From Klebsormidium nitens (lineage: Eukaryota > Plantae > Klebsormidiophyceae), in the NCBI GenBank assembly GCA_000708835.1, contig DF237588.1, positions 1 to 49,047 on the forward strand: DNA of 49,047 nucleotides, written 5' to 3'. Below, piece after piece: positions 47,922-49,047 of this stretch (positions are counted from its first letter, which is position 1; every line of letters starts with the position of its first letter). A program made the position numbers and the translations under genes. Below the pieces are notes generated by a model. It was not told where the DNA came from. It searched no databases and worked only from the letters and a program-made list of their open reading frames with translations.

Positions 47922-48681
47922 ATGGAACCAAGGCCTCAAGCATCTTGCGGCAGAGGCTCCCAGGTTGAAATCTCACCACTGGGGTTTCCGCTCGATAGCA
48001 CATTGCCAGTGGAGGCCGCTCACATGTCTCTGGTATCCGGCGCGATTGGTGGTTGGGAAGAAGATGAGTACATGCGCAGAAGCATTGCAAAGTTGGCGGG
48101 AGAAGTCTCCAAGCTACGAAATGAGCTAAGTCAAAAAAATGTTGCCCTGGAGGCGGCTCACAAGAAATGTATCGAGGTTGACACAGAGCGCAAACAGCTG
48201 CTGTGCCTCTATTCCACAAGGTGCGGTCAGCTTAACGTATGTAGCGACGAGCTTGCCAAGGTGGTCAAGGAATCTGCAGCTTCAGAAGGGCAACTGAAGA
48301 AGACAGCGAAGCAACTGGAGGAAAAGAAGGGGCAACTGAAGGAGTCTCAGGTTTCTCTGGAAAAGGCCTAGGGTCTTTTGAGGGCCAATGGACAGTCAGC
48401 TGGTCATCCGGATCAAGGAGCTGAGCGATGAGGTCGAACGGAAAGGGGAGCAACTGAAGGAGTCCCAGAAGCTTCTGGAAGAGAGCCAGAGAGTGGATGT
48501 AGCGCGCACAGTGGAAAGAGAGAAGGAAGCTCCAGAGAGTGGCAACGAGGAACAGCTGTTGTTCGCAGTTGAGAAAGAAAAAGAGTTGTGCAGATCCCTG
48601 CAAGCCTTGGAAGAGAAGTTGAAGAGGGTGGAGCAGGAGTCTGAGTTAGCGGCTGGGGATCTAGCAAAAGCTCAACTACAG
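47922..48681 (+). pseudogene. coiled-coil protein gene with an internal stop/frameshift; probably continues via a GC-AG intron
   Basis: Heptad-rich frames 47805-48371 and 48388-48756 separated by TAG 48369 and a frame change. Internal duplication GCAACTGAAGGAGTC (48332, 48450). Donor CAG|GCAAGT at 48681. Confidence 0.55.
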
Positions 48682-49047
48682 GCAAGTACCAGCTGTTGTT
48701 TTTTGATCAGCAAAAGAGCAAGCCTGGGACTGATCCTGTTACAGTTCCGTCGTTAGGCTGGCTTAGTAGGATTTGGTGCGCAGGTCCAAGATTTGCCCAC
48801 TGGATGACTGAAGCATTTCGGAATCTTTCGTCATGAACCCTTCAGCCCTCACTTCAAGCTTAGCCTGAAGATTGACTGGCAAGGCTTTCCATGAAGTTCC
48901 TTCAACATCAGAAAGGGATTCTTCTTTAAAGAAGCTTCCCGTCAAGCTCAAGGTACATGAGTTCCCAACAGCGTCATAAGGATGTGTCATCGCTCCTAGA
49001 CTGAACCACAATACCCAACCCCCAGTGCAAACTTCTCAAGAATAAAC

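Noticed and set aside
1-49047. CRISPR arrays, rRNA, intact tRNA, telomeric arrays
   Set aside because: No regularly spaced repeat-spacer units, rRNA-like segments, full cloverleafs or telomere tracts were seen.

Overview
Eukaryotic genomic DNA of roughly 50% GC with spliceosomal introns (GT-AG and GC-AG) and two assembly gaps. Gene style is consistent with a streptophyte or green alga such as Klebsormidium, which is an inference. Reconstructable genes: a 5-exon, ~1175-aa SR/RSZ-like protein (RRM, CCHC knuckle, long disordered region, AT-hook); a 4-exon membrane-anchored Methyltransf_22-type methyltransferase; a spliced coiled-coil/SAND (ULTRAPETALA-like) gene whose SAND exon is missed by the ORF track; an intronless, catalytically degenerate RNase III+dsRBD gene with an amber codon at position 5; a small MYND-like protein; and an F-box protein. 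Much of the rest is transposon-derived: an apparently young L1/Tx1 LINE with a 76-aa zinc-finger ORF upstream, a decayed LINE with RT-RNaseH-CCHC order, Tourist-, CACTA- and foldback-type MITEs, and two PPT/LTR-like 3' ends. The best candidate for an undescribed system is a novel ORF ('ORF-A', 3 diverged copies) lying directly upstream of a gag-like start in two copies. It may mark cargo-carrying retroelements that include the antisense SAND gene. No matching 5' LTR or pol was found. No rRNA, intact tRNA or CRISPR array was seen.
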